Assembly: GCA_965223295.1 (NCBI GenBank)
Contig: CBDCWC010000003.1
Coordinates: 1,568,001 to 1,632,000, forward strand
Reading direction: 5' to 3'
Length of the DNA: 64,000 bases
DNA from: Nitrospirales bacterium
Lineage (GTDB): Bacteria > Nitrospirota > Nitrospiria > Nitrospirales > UBA8639
The number at the start of each line of letters is the position of its first letter. Within the stretch, counting starts at the first letter, position 1. Shown here piece after piece: positions 39,194 to 49,128 of the stretch. The notes under the pieces were generated by a model. The model was not told the DNA's origin. It did not search any database and worked only from the letters and a program-made list of their open reading frames with translations. A program made the translations under genes and the position numbers.

Positions 39194-39360
39194 CGTGACT
39201 CCTTTATTTGCGAAGTGAGTAGTGCGGGTGGCATGTAGGAAGACACCCAAGACCTAACCCTAGTTAAGTTATCCTGGCATCTTCACATTTGAAGGCCCAT
39301 TTTTAACAAGAGTGGGGCGAAAGGTGCAAGGTCGAGAGCTGTCGATGAAGAAAAAATAGT

Positions 39361-40794
39361 TCAGGATGGTGATTTGACGATAAGCAGCTTTGGTTCAGTG
39401 AATTCCTGGATTGCATAGCGGACGCCTTCTCGCCCAAGTCCTGAATGTTTCACCCCTCCGTAGGGCATGTGATCGGCCCGGAAGGTCGGAATTTCATTAA
39501 TGAGGACGGCGCCGACTTCCAGTTTAGCATAGGCGCGGTACATCACATCGATGTTCGAGGTAAAGATGCCGGCTTGTAAGCCAAAGGGAGAATCATTTAT
39601 CAGCTCGAGAGCATCCTCGAAGTTGGAATAGGGGCTGATCGTCACCACTGGGCCAAAAATTTCTTCGCAACAGACTTTCATGGTAGAGCTCACATTGGTG
39701 AGGACCGCAGGTTCTATGATCGAACCGTTTCGGCTTCCACCCGTTTGGATCAATGCTCCATGTGAAACGGCCTCTTGAACCCAGGTTTCTACCCGTATCG
39801 CGGTTTGTTCATTGATTAAAGGTCCAACTATTGTCGAGGCTAAAGTTGGATCTCCCGTCGACAAGTTCCTAACGTGTTGCACAAAGGATTGGAGAAACTG
39901 ATCATACTGCGATTGATGCACATAGATTCGTTGAACCGAGATGCATGTTTGTCCACTATAGCCATATCCTCCGGCGACGCATCGAGCAACGGCCGTTTCA
40001 AGATCTGCATCGGGCTCAACGATGACTCCAGCATTGCCACCTAATTCCAACAACACACGTTTGGGCCCGGCTTTGCTTTTTAACATCCAGCCTACTCCAA
40101 CTGAACCAGTGAAACTCAAGGCCTGAAAGACAGGGTGTACGACCATCCGTTCGGCCAAATCATTGGAACATGGGATTATGGTCAGGGCGCTTGCAGGGAG
40201 GTCCGTGGTTAAAAAGACTTCCCCTAGAAGTAAAGCGGTCAATGGTGTTTGCGGTGCCGGTTTCAGGACGATGGGATTTCCCACCGCTAAGCAGGGTGCC
40301 ACTTTGTGAGCGACTAAATTCAACGGGAAATTAAACGGCGTAATACCCAGAACGGGGCCGAGAGGAAACCGTCTGACGCTAGCGGTATAGGCTTCTGCAC
40401 CTGGAGTAAGATCCATCGGTATCGTTTCGCCAACGATACGTGTGCTTTCTTCGGCTGCCAGGCGAAAGGTTTGAATACCCCGGTCTATTTCACGCCGTGC
40501 ATCCGTTATAGGCTTGCCAGCTTCTTCACTGAGTGTTTTCGCAAATTCTTCATGCCGAGCGGTGATCCCATCAGCGATTTTGGCCAAAGCTTGGGACCTG
40601 ACGTACGCAGGAGTGGCTGCACATTCTTCAGCTGCGCGTGGCATCGAGGCAATGGCTTGATCGATATCAGTCGATTCAGCTTGGCAGACGTTGGCGATTG
40701 TCATGCCGGAATAGGGATTGAGAATCGATTCAGTCAGATGAGTCTTAACCCATTGCCCGTTTAACAATATGGGTTTTGCTGTACTGGCGGTCAT
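39361..40794 (-). CDS. Aldehyde dehydrogenase
   Basis: ITPFNFP, FTGS, LELGGN, GQTCIS, EEIFGP. Confidence 0.95.
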   Translation of the reverse strand: MTASTAKPILLNGQWVKTHLTESILNPYSGMTIANVCQAESTDIDQAIASMPRAAEECAATPAYVRSQALAKIADGITARHEEFAKTLSEEAGKPITDARREIDRGIQTFRLAAEESTRIVGETIPMDLTPGAEAYTASVRRFPLGPVLGITPFNFPLNLVAHKVAPCLAVGNPIVLKPAPQTPLTALLLGEVFLTTDLPASALTIIPCSNDLAERMVVHPVFQALSFTGSVGVGWMLKSKAGPKRVLLELGGNAGVIVEPDADLETAVARCVAGGYGYSGQTCISVQRIYVHQSQYDQFLQSFVQHVRNLSTGDPTLASTIVGPLINEQTAIRVETWVQEAVSHGALIQTGGSRNGSIIEPAVLTNVSSTMKVCCEEIFGPVVTISPYSNFEDALELINDSPFGLQAGIFTSNIDVMYRAYAKLEVGAVLINEIPTFRADHMPYGGVKHSGLGREGVRYAIQEFTEPKLLIVKSPS

Positions 40795-40823
40795 TGGTTT
40801 TGAGTATCTCGTATGGGGGGCGC

Positions 40824-41090
40824 TTACCCAACTGGTTGGTCAGAGTTTGTGTCTTGAACGGGAACCGAAGCTGAAGGCCATTGTTCGGCTTTTCGAATTA
40901 ACTCTTCGGTGCCCCATTCTCTGATGGCTTCTAACGTAAAAGGTTCAAATGTTCCAATGGCTCCGCATCCTGGACAGCCTTCGATAGGAAGCTTTGCCTG
41001 AAAGACTTCGTCTAAACAGGATAAACACACAAACAGATCGGGCTCGCCTACTTCACATTCAACCGGCCAAAACGAAGATGATTTTGTCAT
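40824..41090 (-). CDS. Small CxxC-CxxC protein
   Basis: CLSC...CPGC; AAGGA SD. Confidence 0.7.
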   Translation of the reverse strand: MTKSSSFWPVECEVGEPDLFVCLSCLDEVFQAKLPIEGCPGCGAIGTFEPFTLEAIREWGTEELIRKAEQWPSASVPVQDTNSDQPVG

Positions 41091-41149
41091 GGATATTCCT
41101 TGTTAAATTGAGACATAGACATTCACACATGGCTTCCGACGACAATAAT

Positions 41150-41340
41150 GGATCTGTTGAAAAAATCCGCTAGCGGCGTTCTCGCCATTTTTCCGTGCTC
41201 ACGTCATGCCAGTACGCTCCGCGCGGAAAAATGGCTGTGGCCTTGCTAGACGGACTTTTTTGAACAGACCCGAGGCCTCTGACATGTCACGTTGCAGACA
41301 CGAAATTTGGCTGTTGATATCATCATTATTCAGCAGTCCC
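41150..41340 (-). mobile_element. ~190-bp MITE, copy 4
   Basis: TSD ATAAT/ATAAT. Confidence 0.9.
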
Positions 41341-41420
41341 ATAATGTACCCTGATTCAGGTAATGATATCAATGAAGTGAGACGGTCCGTCGCGTGAGTT
41401 CTCAATGCTGAACGCGAGAG

Positions 41421-42098
41421 TTACGATGAAGGAGGGGGTGTAGATGTGTTACTGGATTGAATATTTAATAATTTGTCGATTTCTTCTTTGAACGTTTCGT
41501 AAGGAAAAGCCCCAGGAATCACAATCAAATTTGGATCGTCCGGAACCTGAGTAGGGAAGAGGACAAAGCCTGGAGTTCCTCGGATTCCTAATGCGCCGGC
41601 ATCTTTCAGATCTTTTTCGATATCAGAAAAGTATTTGTGTGACTCGACGCATTGAGAAAATTCTGATTGTTGTAAATTCAGTTCTGTCGCAAATTTTTTC
41701 AGATTCTCAGGGCTAAAATCACCGGCACTGTTAAAGAGACGATCATGCATCGGCCAATAGGCATTTTGTTCTCCCGCGCAGCGGGCGGCATCAGCCGCGC
41801 GAAGGGGATTGCCAAAACCTCGTGGATAGTCCCTGTAGACAAAACGGACTTTTTTCGTTTCGATATATTCTGACAACAATTTCGGAAACGTTTCATGAAA
41901 GAACTTTTTGCAGAAATGGCACGTGAAATCGGAATATTCGACCAAGGTGATGGGAGCCTTGGGATCTCCACGTACGACATCGTCCTCTTGGATCAAAAAT
42001 TCTGGTGCTTTGGAATGGGCTGGGATGACGAGTGAGACTAGGCTAAGGAAAATTATTCCGAAAAATGAATTTATTAATGAATGTTTAAGTTTAAGCAT
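41421..42098 (-). CDS. DsbA-family thiol-disulfide oxidoreductase
   Basis: EYSDFTCHFC, GIRGTP. Confidence 0.9.
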   Translation of the reverse strand: MLKLKHSLINSFFGIIFLSLVSLVIPAHSKAPEFLIQEDDVVRGDPKAPITLVEYSDFTCHFCKKFFHETFPKLLSEYIETKKVRFVYRDYPRGFGNPLRAADAARCAGEQNAYWPMHDRLFNSAGDFSPENLKKFATELNLQQSEFSQCVESHKYFSDIEKDLKDAGALGIRGTPGFVLFPTQVPDDPNLIVIPGAFPYETFKEEIDKLLNIQSSNTSTPPPSS

Positions 42099-42182
42099 GC
42101 ATCCCCTGTTTCGTTATTCATTGTCGCATGTGGGTCTGAGCTTGTCGAGGGAAGACTCCAGCCAGTGTCAAAAAGGAAAACT

Positions 42183-43268
42183 CTATTGCCTTTTTTTCTT
42201 GGCTTGCTCTAACAGGCCCATCATTAAGAGAGGCCAGACCACCGTGGCGTCGCTTAACACTTCTGCGAATTGTCCACCCTCTTTTTTCGGCACAAATTTT
42301 CCCCATGAGACGCCTTCCTCATATGTGCAACCGCTTAAGCCGCCCCAATAATCCGGTTCTGGACAAATTCTCACCCCATAGTGAAAGCGTGGGGGAGTGA
42401 GCTGTGTGCCCATCCGCAGATTCAATATTTCAATATACGGGGGCGTTTGTTGCGACCAGTTCCGGGGAACGCCTCCGCCAATGGTAAATATACCAAGCCG
42501 TTTGGCGGAGAGAAGTTTTTCAGTGTAACTATTTAAGTCCAAAAAGGGATTGAATGTGGGACAGGATTGCCGTAGTTGATTCCAAATTTCCTGGTCCGTT
42601 TTCCCTGTCTGGTCTGGTTTCTTACCATTCATTCCCCAAATCGAGACATCCAAGCCTAACTCAGAATCCGTGAAAGCCGGAATATACACGGGTACTTGTT
42701 GTTCATAGGCACTTTTCAGGATGCCTGCGCCGGGATAGTTGTCATGTAAGGTTTTCCCCAATTCATGGGTGAGTATTTCGGAGGACAATGGCGTCTCAGG
42801 CGTCAGTCGTTTGAGTGTTTCACCAACCACTTGTTCAACATGATTGAGATTTAATTCCATTTCCAATGTGTCGTATACTCGGTTATAGCCCTTTTCAAAA
42901 AGCTCGACATCGGTCATGGATGGGTGATACTTATAATGTGTTTTCCCCACCGCTTCGGTGAGACCATGGGCAATCAAGGCACCTGTTGAGACGACGGCTT
43001 GTACCATGCCTCGGTCCAACATGCTGCAAATAATTTTGCCCATCTTTGCAATTGTCATGGCACCGGAGAGTGTCATGACTACGGCGCAGTCAGGGTCTTG
43101 TACCATCTTAGAAAGAATCTCAAAGGCTTCGCCTAAGCGACGTCCTCCAAAGGCTGTTTTTTTCATCGCCCCTAATAGATCGGAAAACGAATGAATGGAT
43201 TCTGGGTCTAAGGCCTCTAAGGCCTCTAGGCCATCACTCTCGCCGTCATGAAATGTTCGTGTGCTCAT
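42183..43268 (-). CDS. Deoxyhypusine-synthase-like protein (probable homospermidine synthase)
   Basis: PAFTDSELG, IGGGVPRNW, GGLSGCTYEEGVSWGK, DATVVWP. Confidence 0.9.
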   Translation of the reverse strand: MSTRTFHDGESDGLEALEALDPESIHSFSDLLGAMKKTAFGGRRLGEAFEILSKMVQDPDCAVVMTLSGAMTIAKMGKIICSMLDRGMVQAVVSTGALIAHGLTEAVGKTHYKYHPSMTDVELFEKGYNRVYDTLEMELNLNHVEQVVGETLKRLTPETPLSSEILTHELGKTLHDNYPGAGILKSAYEQQVPVYIPAFTDSELGLDVSIWGMNGKKPDQTGKTDQEIWNQLRQSCPTFNPFLDLNSYTEKLLSAKRLGIFTIGGGVPRNWSQQTPPYIEILNLRMGTQLTPPRFHYGVRICPEPDYWGGLSGCTYEEGVSWGKFVPKKEGGQFAEVLSDATVVWPLLMMGLLEQAKKKRQ

Positions 43269-43375
43269 GGCCTAGGTTTCAAATTTATATGGTTACCGTA
43301 GTGACATAGTTGAGGGTGGCAATGGGAAGGTCAGAAAAGGCGGACGGGAAAAGCCCATTGTAGCAATCGGAATGT

Positions 43376-43453
43376 TGGTGATCCCAACGGGATTTGAACC
43401 CGTGTCTGCACCTTGAGAGGGTGCCGTCCTAGACCAGCCTAGACGATGGGACC
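43376..43453 (-). tRNA. tRNA-Glu(CTC)
   Basis: GGTCCCATCGTCTAG...GCACC-CTCTCAA-GGTGC...GGTTCAAATCC...ACCA. Confidence 0.96.
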
Positions 43454-43509
43454 GATATATCAGCCTGGCAAGTAGCTACGAAGCATCAAGCCACTCTATG
43501 TTCTATGCC

Positions 43510-43753
43510 GAGAGCATTGAATAATAAAGGTATCAAAGGTCATATTTCGCCAGGAAGCCCTTGGCGATCAATAGCGTTGGGTCTGTTCAAAAAAGTCATT
43601 CCAGCAAGGCCGCAGCCATTTTTGCGCGTGGAGCGTACTGGCATTATGTGAGCACGGAAAAATGGTGACCTGCCTGTGCGAAGCCGCTTTCAGCCTTCGT
43701 AACCACTTCGGCGAAGGCAGGGAATGCCGCTGGCGGCTTTTTTCAATAGACCC
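43510..43753 (+). mobile_element. MITE copy 5 (244 bp, with nested 53-bp palindrome at 43669-43721)
   Basis: TSD ATGCC/ATGCC; insert CCTGCCT...AGGCAGG. Confidence 0.9.
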
Positions 43754-43860
43754 ATGCCCAGAATGTACCATTTGAGTCTGATAGGTGCAATCAAATGGGA
43801 CAGCAGGACAGATGGACAGTTTTGGAAGGAGAGAGAAGAGATAGGAACGAATAGAAGTCC

Positions 43861-44268
43861 TTAAATATCGGACGAGGGAAATGATTGTGGTGGATGGATC
43901 GTAAGGAGACCGCGCATAAATGGGTGAATCCCGCAGTGATAGGGATAGCGCCCGGGTGTGAGTTGTGGAAGGGTATAATGCGCATTAGGCCCCAAAAAAC
44001 CGGAATCAAAGGAGCAACTGGATCCTACCCGGCAATCATCAGAAACGATCGTGTGAGGCTCATGGGTCCGGTTTTTCCAGGTCAGTGGGGTTCCCAGAGT
44101 TATCGTGAGCTGGTTAGGGGAGAAGAATGGTGGTTGTGCATAGATATCAATGTCTTGTGAAGAGACGGCCCCTAACATGGTAGGGGCTGTTGAAAGTAGC
44201 AGGGGCAAGCTGCAGACCACACTGGTTAGGCCTAATCTCTTTAGGGATATGTTGGGGCTCTTCAACAA
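43861..44268 (-). CDS. Small cupredoxin (plastocyanin/amicyanin-like)
   Basis: W.N....PHTI...YPYHCGIHPFMRG type-1 copper ligands. Confidence 0.88.
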   Translation of the reverse strand: MLKSPNISLKRLGLTSVVCSLPLLLSTAPTMLGAVSSQDIDIYAQPPFFSPNQLTITLGTPLTWKNRTHEPHTIVSDDCRVGSSCSFDSGFLGPNAHYTLPQLTPGRYPYHCGIHPFMRGLLTIHPPQSFPSSDI

Positions 44269-44335
44269 GAAAATGTCTCTCCATCGTTCATAGCCGGCAA
44301 TTAAAAAACCGTTGTCTTCACGAGGGATAGTCCCA

Positions 44336-45883
44336 TTATGGTTTAATGGTCAGGAAGATGGTCCCTTTCCCTCGTTGGATGAGGGCCAGCACCGAGTCTT
44401 TTGCACTGAGCTCTTTTGCTATATGCTCAAAATCTTCTACCGAACGGATTGTATGGCGATTGATCTCTAGCAGAATGTCGCCCTGCCGGATGCCGGCACG
44501 TTCGCCGGGAGAATTGGGTCTTACTTGGGTCACGACCACCCCATTTCCCTCGGTCGTTTGTCCGGGTTTCACGGACTCTACGGACAAACCAGCCAGTGCA
44601 TGGTCGCCTTCTATTGAATCAGGACTGGCCTTGGCTAATGAAGCCACATTTTTGGGCATTTCCCCAATTGATACCGATAGCTCGACTTCCTTGCCATTGC
44701 GCCACACCACCAAGGGAACTAAGGTGTTGGGAGCGGTATCTGCCACCAAGGTTCTCAGGTGGGTTGGGTTTTTTACGACGACATTGTTGTACTTTCGAAT
44801 CACATCACCTCGTTGGAGTCCAGCGAGTCCAGCCGGACTGGTGCTAAATACATCACCAACTAATGCACCTCGGGTATCAGGTGCATCAAATTGTTTCGCC
44901 AAATCTTCATTTAAATCTTGTATGGAGACACCTAACCAGCCTCGAATAACCTTGCCATGCCCGATGAGGCTTTGCATAACATGCTTGACCATCTGACTGG
45001 GAATGGCAAAGCCAATGCCCATATAGCCACCCGTGCGTGAAAAGATTGCCGTATTGATGCCGATGAGCTGGCCATGCAAATTGACCAAGGCTCCACCTGA
45101 GTTGCCGGGATTAATGGCAGCATCTGTTTGGATAAAATTTTCATAATCTACGATGCCAACATTCGCTCTGCCCACCGCGCTAATAATACCCATCGTGACG
45201 GTTTGGTTCAGGCCAAACGGGTTACCCACTGCGAGTACGAGTTCTCCGACCTGAAGGCCAGTGGAGTCTCCCCAAGGCAACACCGGGAGGTTCTTCGCAT
45301 CGATTTTGATCACGGCCAAGTCAGTTTTAGGATCAGTTCCAATGAGTTTGGCTGGAATTTTTCGTTTATCGCTTAAGAGGACCATGAGTTCATCGGCTTG
45401 TTCAACCACATGATTATTGGTCACGATATACCCGTCATCAGACACAATGACTCCGGATCCTAACCCTTGTTCCTGCCGTTCCCGTGGCTGCTTAAAGCGG
45501 CGCTCAAATTCCTCTCCAAAAAATCGTCGAAAAAAAGGATCATCAGAAAAAGGGGCTTCCGGCGCTTGAGCCGTGCGTTTCGTGGCCGAGATGTTGACCA
45601 CGGACGCCATGGCATCTTTGGACACTTGAATAAATGTCTCATTCGAGGCCAAGAGTGGAGTGGAGACTTTGACGATTGGAGCGGCATCGGAAGCCAGCGC
45701 GACTGCAGGTTGCGATCGGGCCGCTGCCAGAATTTCAGGAGAGGTAGTTGCTGAGGGATTCTGAGATGGGGATTCGGAACATTGGATTAGTGTGAATCCA
45801 AGTAACCCCACTAAGGCTAGTTTTATAGATAAGTAACCTGTGAGGTTCCTTGTCGATCTTCCTAATTTCAACAACGGCTTCAT
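44336..45883 (-). CDS. degP: HtrA/DegP-family serine protease (2 PDZ)
   Basis: GSGVI, TNNHVV, DLAV, INPGNSGG. Confidence 0.93.
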   Translation of the reverse strand: MKPLLKLGRSTRNLTGYLSIKLALVGLLGFTLIQCSESPSQNPSATTSPEILAAARSQPAVALASDAAPIVKVSTPLLASNETFIQVSKDAMASVVNISATKRTAQAPEAPFSDDPFFRRFFGEEFERRFKQPRERQEQGLGSGVIVSDDGYIVTNNHVVEQADELMVLLSDKRKIPAKLIGTDPKTDLAVIKIDAKNLPVLPWGDSTGLQVGELVLAVGNPFGLNQTVTMGIISAVGRANVGIVDYENFIQTDAAINPGNSGGALVNLHGQLIGINTAIFSRTGGYMGIGFAIPSQMVKHVMQSLIGHGKVIRGWLGVSIQDLNEDLAKQFDAPDTRGALVGDVFSTSPAGLAGLQRGDVIRKYNNVVVKNPTHLRTLVADTAPNTLVPLVVWRNGKEVELSVSIGEMPKNVASLAKASPDSIEGDHALAGLSVESVKPGQTTEGNGVVVTQVRPNSPGERAGIRQGDILLEINRHTIRSVEDFEHIAKELSAKDSVLALIQRGKGTIFLTIKP

Positions 45884-46041
45884 ATATCACTCCTTACCAA
45901 TTGCTTTTATCGGTTTGCACAACCCAAGTCCCAAGTGTCGCAACGTCGACCTTATGCTCAAATATGAATTGATATGTGTATCATATCATCATCATGCGCT
46001 TGAGCGGAATGTAGGGGCTGCCAGAAAACATGAACGATTTC

Positions 46042-46746
46042 TCAGGAAGATGCAGGGTGAACAGGCTGTGTAAGGCGTGGTCCTTGATCGGTTCCCGCAA
46101 TAACGAGCGTAGCCATGTTGACAAAGAGCCCGCATTCGATCACTCCGGGAATCTGTAGAAGCGTTGATTCAAGAGCCCTGGGGTCATCAATGTGGGGAAT
46201 GTGGGCATCAATAATAAAATTCCCATTGTCGGTGAGAACCGGTTGCTCGTTTCGTTCGCGCCGTGGTGCGGGCCATCCCATTCTTTCAATATGTTTTTGT
46301 GTCGTGCGCCAGCCAAATGAAAGAGTTTCAATGGGCAAGGGAAATGGCAAGCCTAACTGAGAAACCTGCTTGGCCTCATCCACAATGACAATAAATTTTT
46401 GAGCGGCACGTGCCACAATTTTTTCTCGGAGTAATGCACCACCTCCGCCTTTGATGAGATGGAGTTTCGGATCAACTTGGTCAGCGCCATCAACAGCGAC
46501 ATCAATATGCCAGGGAACGTCATCCCCTAATAACGGAATGCCCAGCTCTTTCGCGTAGGTCTCTGTTGCTTGTGAAGTGGGCACGCCTTGCACGCGCAGG
46601 CCTGCCTGGATGCGCTCCCCCAAGGCTGTCAGAAAATGTTGTACGGTCGATCCTGTCCCCAATCCAAGAATAGCGTTGTCGGGGACATATTCTACCGCCT
46701 TCTGCGCGGCTTGGGCTTTCTGCTGATCAGGTGTCAATGAAGACAT
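46042..46746 (-). CDS. rpiA: Ribose-5-phosphate isomerase A
   Basis: GLGTGST, DGADQV, IKGGGGALLREK. Confidence 0.96.
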   Translation of the reverse strand: MSSLTPDQQKAQAAQKAVEYVPDNAILGLGTGSTVQHFLTALGERIQAGLRVQGVPTSQATETYAKELGIPLLGDDVPWHIDVAVDGADQVDPKLHLIKGGGGALLREKIVARAAQKFIVIVDEAKQVSQLGLPFPLPIETLSFGWRTTQKHIERMGWPAPRRERNEQPVLTDNGNFIIDAHIPHIDDPRALESTLLQIPGVIECGLFVNMATLVIAGTDQGPRLTQPVHPASS

Positions 46747-46770
46747 GAAAGAGGGGGATGAAAAATTCGT

Positions 46771-47826
46771 TTATGATGTCATGCTGGCTGCAACTGACGC
46801 GGCGCCAAGCAATGCGGCATGCGGATTCAGAATGACCCGAACGGGAATGTTGCCCAGTAAACGTTTGTAGCGGCCCTTAGCTAAAAAGGCCTTCATGAAC
46901 GTTCCGTCTTGGAGCGCAGGTAAGATCTTTGGTGCGATTCCTCCACCAATATACACCCCTCCCATGGCCAAAGTTTTGAGCGCCATATTTCCAGCTTCGG
47001 CCCCGTAGATCGAAATAAATACTTGTAAAGCGGTTTTGCAGATCTCAGGCTTTCCTTCCAAGCCAGCTTCGGCGATCAAGTTGGCAGGGTCCCCTGTTGG
47101 GAGTTTTTCGGCAAACCAAGTGGGTTCGTTTTTTTGTGTATCACGCAAAAATTGATAAATCAGATGTAAGCCGGGTCCGGAAAGTACGCGTTCATAACTC
47201 ACATGTAAATAACTCGTGCGCAAATAACGCAACAATTCAATTTCGAGATCGTTATTGGGAGCAAAATCCGTATGACCGCCTTCTGAGGGACAAATATGAT
47301 AATCCTTCCCAGTCCAAAGGAGCAGCGACTCTCCCAAGCCAGTACCGGCGGCCAGTAATGCACGGGTGCCATCGGGTGGAGGGGATGGGGCGTGTGGATT
47401 GAGATCTTCTATTTCGTCTGGCTGCAAAAGCTGAAGGCCATAGGCGGTGGCCTCTAAATCGTTTAAGAGCCGAACTTGAGGAATTTGCAAAAACTCAGCG
47501 AGCGTATCGCCGTTAATCGTCCAGGAAATATTTGTGGTACGGCAGGCATTATTTAGCACAGGGCCAGGTACGCCAAAACAGGCGGCAGTCAATAAGGTTT
47601 CGGAGGATACGGGTTTTGTAGGAGGGTCTTCGGATTCTTCTCGAGTTTCCTCTAAGTCGTCTTCTGTCGATTCAGTTTCTTCCAGGAATTCCGTCAATGC
47701 TTCTTCCAAAGACTCATAATCTGTCGTATAGAGCGTATCTTCCCGGATGGGATCTACGCGTTCCTTATCCCAGTCGTACAGGGCCAAATTGATTTTTGTT
47801 GCGCCAATGTCTCCAGCTAGAATCAT
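46771..47826 (-). CDS. glk: Glucokinase
   Basis: LAGDIGAT, LLNDLEA, GTGLG, SEGGH, SYERVLSG. Confidence 0.95.
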   Translation of the reverse strand: MILAGDIGATKINLALYDWDKERVDPIREDTLYTTDYESLEEALTEFLEETESTEDDLEETREESEDPPTKPVSSETLLTAACFGVPGPVLNNACRTTNISWTINGDTLAEFLQIPQVRLLNDLEATAYGLQLLQPDEIEDLNPHAPSPPPDGTRALLAAGTGLGESLLLWTGKDYHICPSEGGHTDFAPNNDLEIELLRYLRTSYLHVSYERVLSGPGLHLIYQFLRDTQKNEPTWFAEKLPTGDPANLIAEAGLEGKPEICKTALQVFISIYGAEAGNMALKTLAMGGVYIGGGIAPKILPALQDGTFMKAFLAKGRYKRLLGNIPVRVILNPHAALLGAASVAASMTS

Positions 47827-47947
47827 AACTTTCTCAATTCAATAAACACATGAAAAGGTCATCAATACCTTGAAGTCACCATAGCCCAGATAAAATCGCG
47901 GAGGCAAGGGAAGAGGTTTGGGAGTAATGTTTAGCGGGTCTGGGTAG

Positions 47948-48412
47948 TTACAAAAAGGTCCAATGAGAAAAAGCGGCAGCTTGGCCAAGGGGAGTGCCAT
48001 CTAGTTTTTGGACATTCCAGACTGTCGCGCGTTCCACTAGAAACCGTTTGCCACTTTGCGAGATCCTGACCCCTCGATAGTCACTGATGTATCCCTGAGT
48101 TCTCGCTTGTTCCAGCATACGCGCTCGTTCTTCCCGATTCACGGGTTCAGCCGTAAGGCGTGATGGGGTTTGGGTAAATTGTTCCCAATCCATCTCCCAT
48201 AAATCTAGAGCAGCCTGGTTCCCATAATTTAAAATGGGATCATCTTCTAACCTATGGGAAGCCACAACGAACGGGCTTGTAAAAAGACGTTCTGCCTGTT
48301 CAATTGATTTTCCTTCTCTGAGAACGAGCTCTTCCTCTACTAAACGGGCGTAGCTATCCAGCAAATGTTGCGTCCATTCAACAACCCAAGGGCTTCTCCA
48401 ATAGTTTTCCAT
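47948..48412 (-). CDS. Stand-alone MEKHLA-domain protein
   Basis: DPILNYGNQAALDLWE..PSRLTAE...YRGVRIS..GKRF. Confidence 0.88.
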   Translation of the reverse strand: MENYWRSPWVVEWTQHLLDSYARLVEEELVLREGKSIEQAERLFTSPFVVASHRLEDDPILNYGNQAALDLWEMDWEQFTQTPSRLTAEPVNREERARMLEQARTQGYISDYRGVRISQSGKRFLVERATVWNVQKLDGTPLGQAAAFSHWTFL

Positions 48413-48423
48413 TCTATCTTTAG

Positions 48424-48498
48424 GGGTCAGACTCGATTAAATTGGGTATCAGTCAACAGAGATTATCATTGGTTGTTGCATTTAATCGAGGCTGACCC
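48424..48498. repeat. REP-like inverted repeat (19-bp arms, 1 mismatch)
   Basis: GGGTCAGACTCGATTAAAT...ATTTAATCGAGGCTGACCC. Confidence 0.75.
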
Positions 48499-48521
48499 GT
48501 AAGTCTTTCCAGTTAGGGCCG

Positions 48522-49028
48522 CTATTTTGACAGGAAGCCAGAGATAGTATCAGCAATTTGCTGTGGAGAACTTTGATCGGTGGGGATAGCATGATCGGCG
48601 GCGGCTTGGTATTTGGGTGTGCGTTCTTTGAGAATATCTTCGATTTCTTCGACGAAGGTTTTGGTGCCTGAAAGTGAGGGTCGTTGAGTGTCGCCGGAGA
48701 TGCGTTGTGCAATAGTGGGAACTTCGGCTCTCAACCAAAAGAAGGTGCCATTGGCTTTGAGAATCTTGACGTTCTCTTCTTTCAGGATAAGTCCTCCGCC
48801 GGTATCGATGACCAAGTTGTCTTGGTTCTGTAATTTTCGACACATCTGTATTTCCAATTCTCGGAAATGATCCCACCCGAATTGCTCGACGATTTGAGGT
48901 ATGGTTTGTCCCACCTCTTTGACAATTTCGGCGTCGGTAGACAGGACTTTCCTTCCTAGTCGTTGGCCTAAGATTTTGGCAACGGTGCTTTTTCCAGTGC
49001 CTCGGTATCCGATTAAGATAATGTTCAT
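48522..49028 (-). CDS. aroK: Shikimate kinase
   Basis: IGYRGTGKST, DTGGG, RPSL. Confidence 0.93.
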   Translation of the reverse strand: MNIILIGYRGTGKSTVAKILGQRLGRKVLSTDAEIVKEVGQTIPQIVEQFGWDHFRELEIQMCRKLQNQDNLVIDTGGGLILKEENVKILKANGTFFWLRAEVPTIAQRISGDTQRPSLSGTKTFVEEIEDILKERTPKYQAAADHAIPTDQSSPQQIADTISGFLSK

Positions 49029-49060
49029 GGTTTGATTATTTGTCTGCCTTTCAGTGTTTT

Positions 49061-49099
49061 TCCCCTCACCCTAGCCCTCTTCCCAAGGTGGAGAGGGGA
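49061..49099 (+). repeat. CCCTCACCC-type short palindromic (REP-like) element
   Basis: TCCCCTCACCCTAGCCCTCTTCCCAAGGTGGAGAGGGGA. Confidence 0.65.
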
Positions 49100-49128
49100 T
49101 ACATTGATGACTGATTCCTGAGTGGGTA

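Noticed and set aside
43376-43453. tRNA-Glu or tRNA-His as integration sites of an island or prophage
   Set aside because: No duplicated tRNA 3' end, integrase or phage genes noticed.
44346-44996. Long antisense ORFs (e.g. 216 aa opposite degP, 163 aa opposite the TPR gene)
   Set aside because: Shadow frames of well-supported genes, with no motifs or SD.
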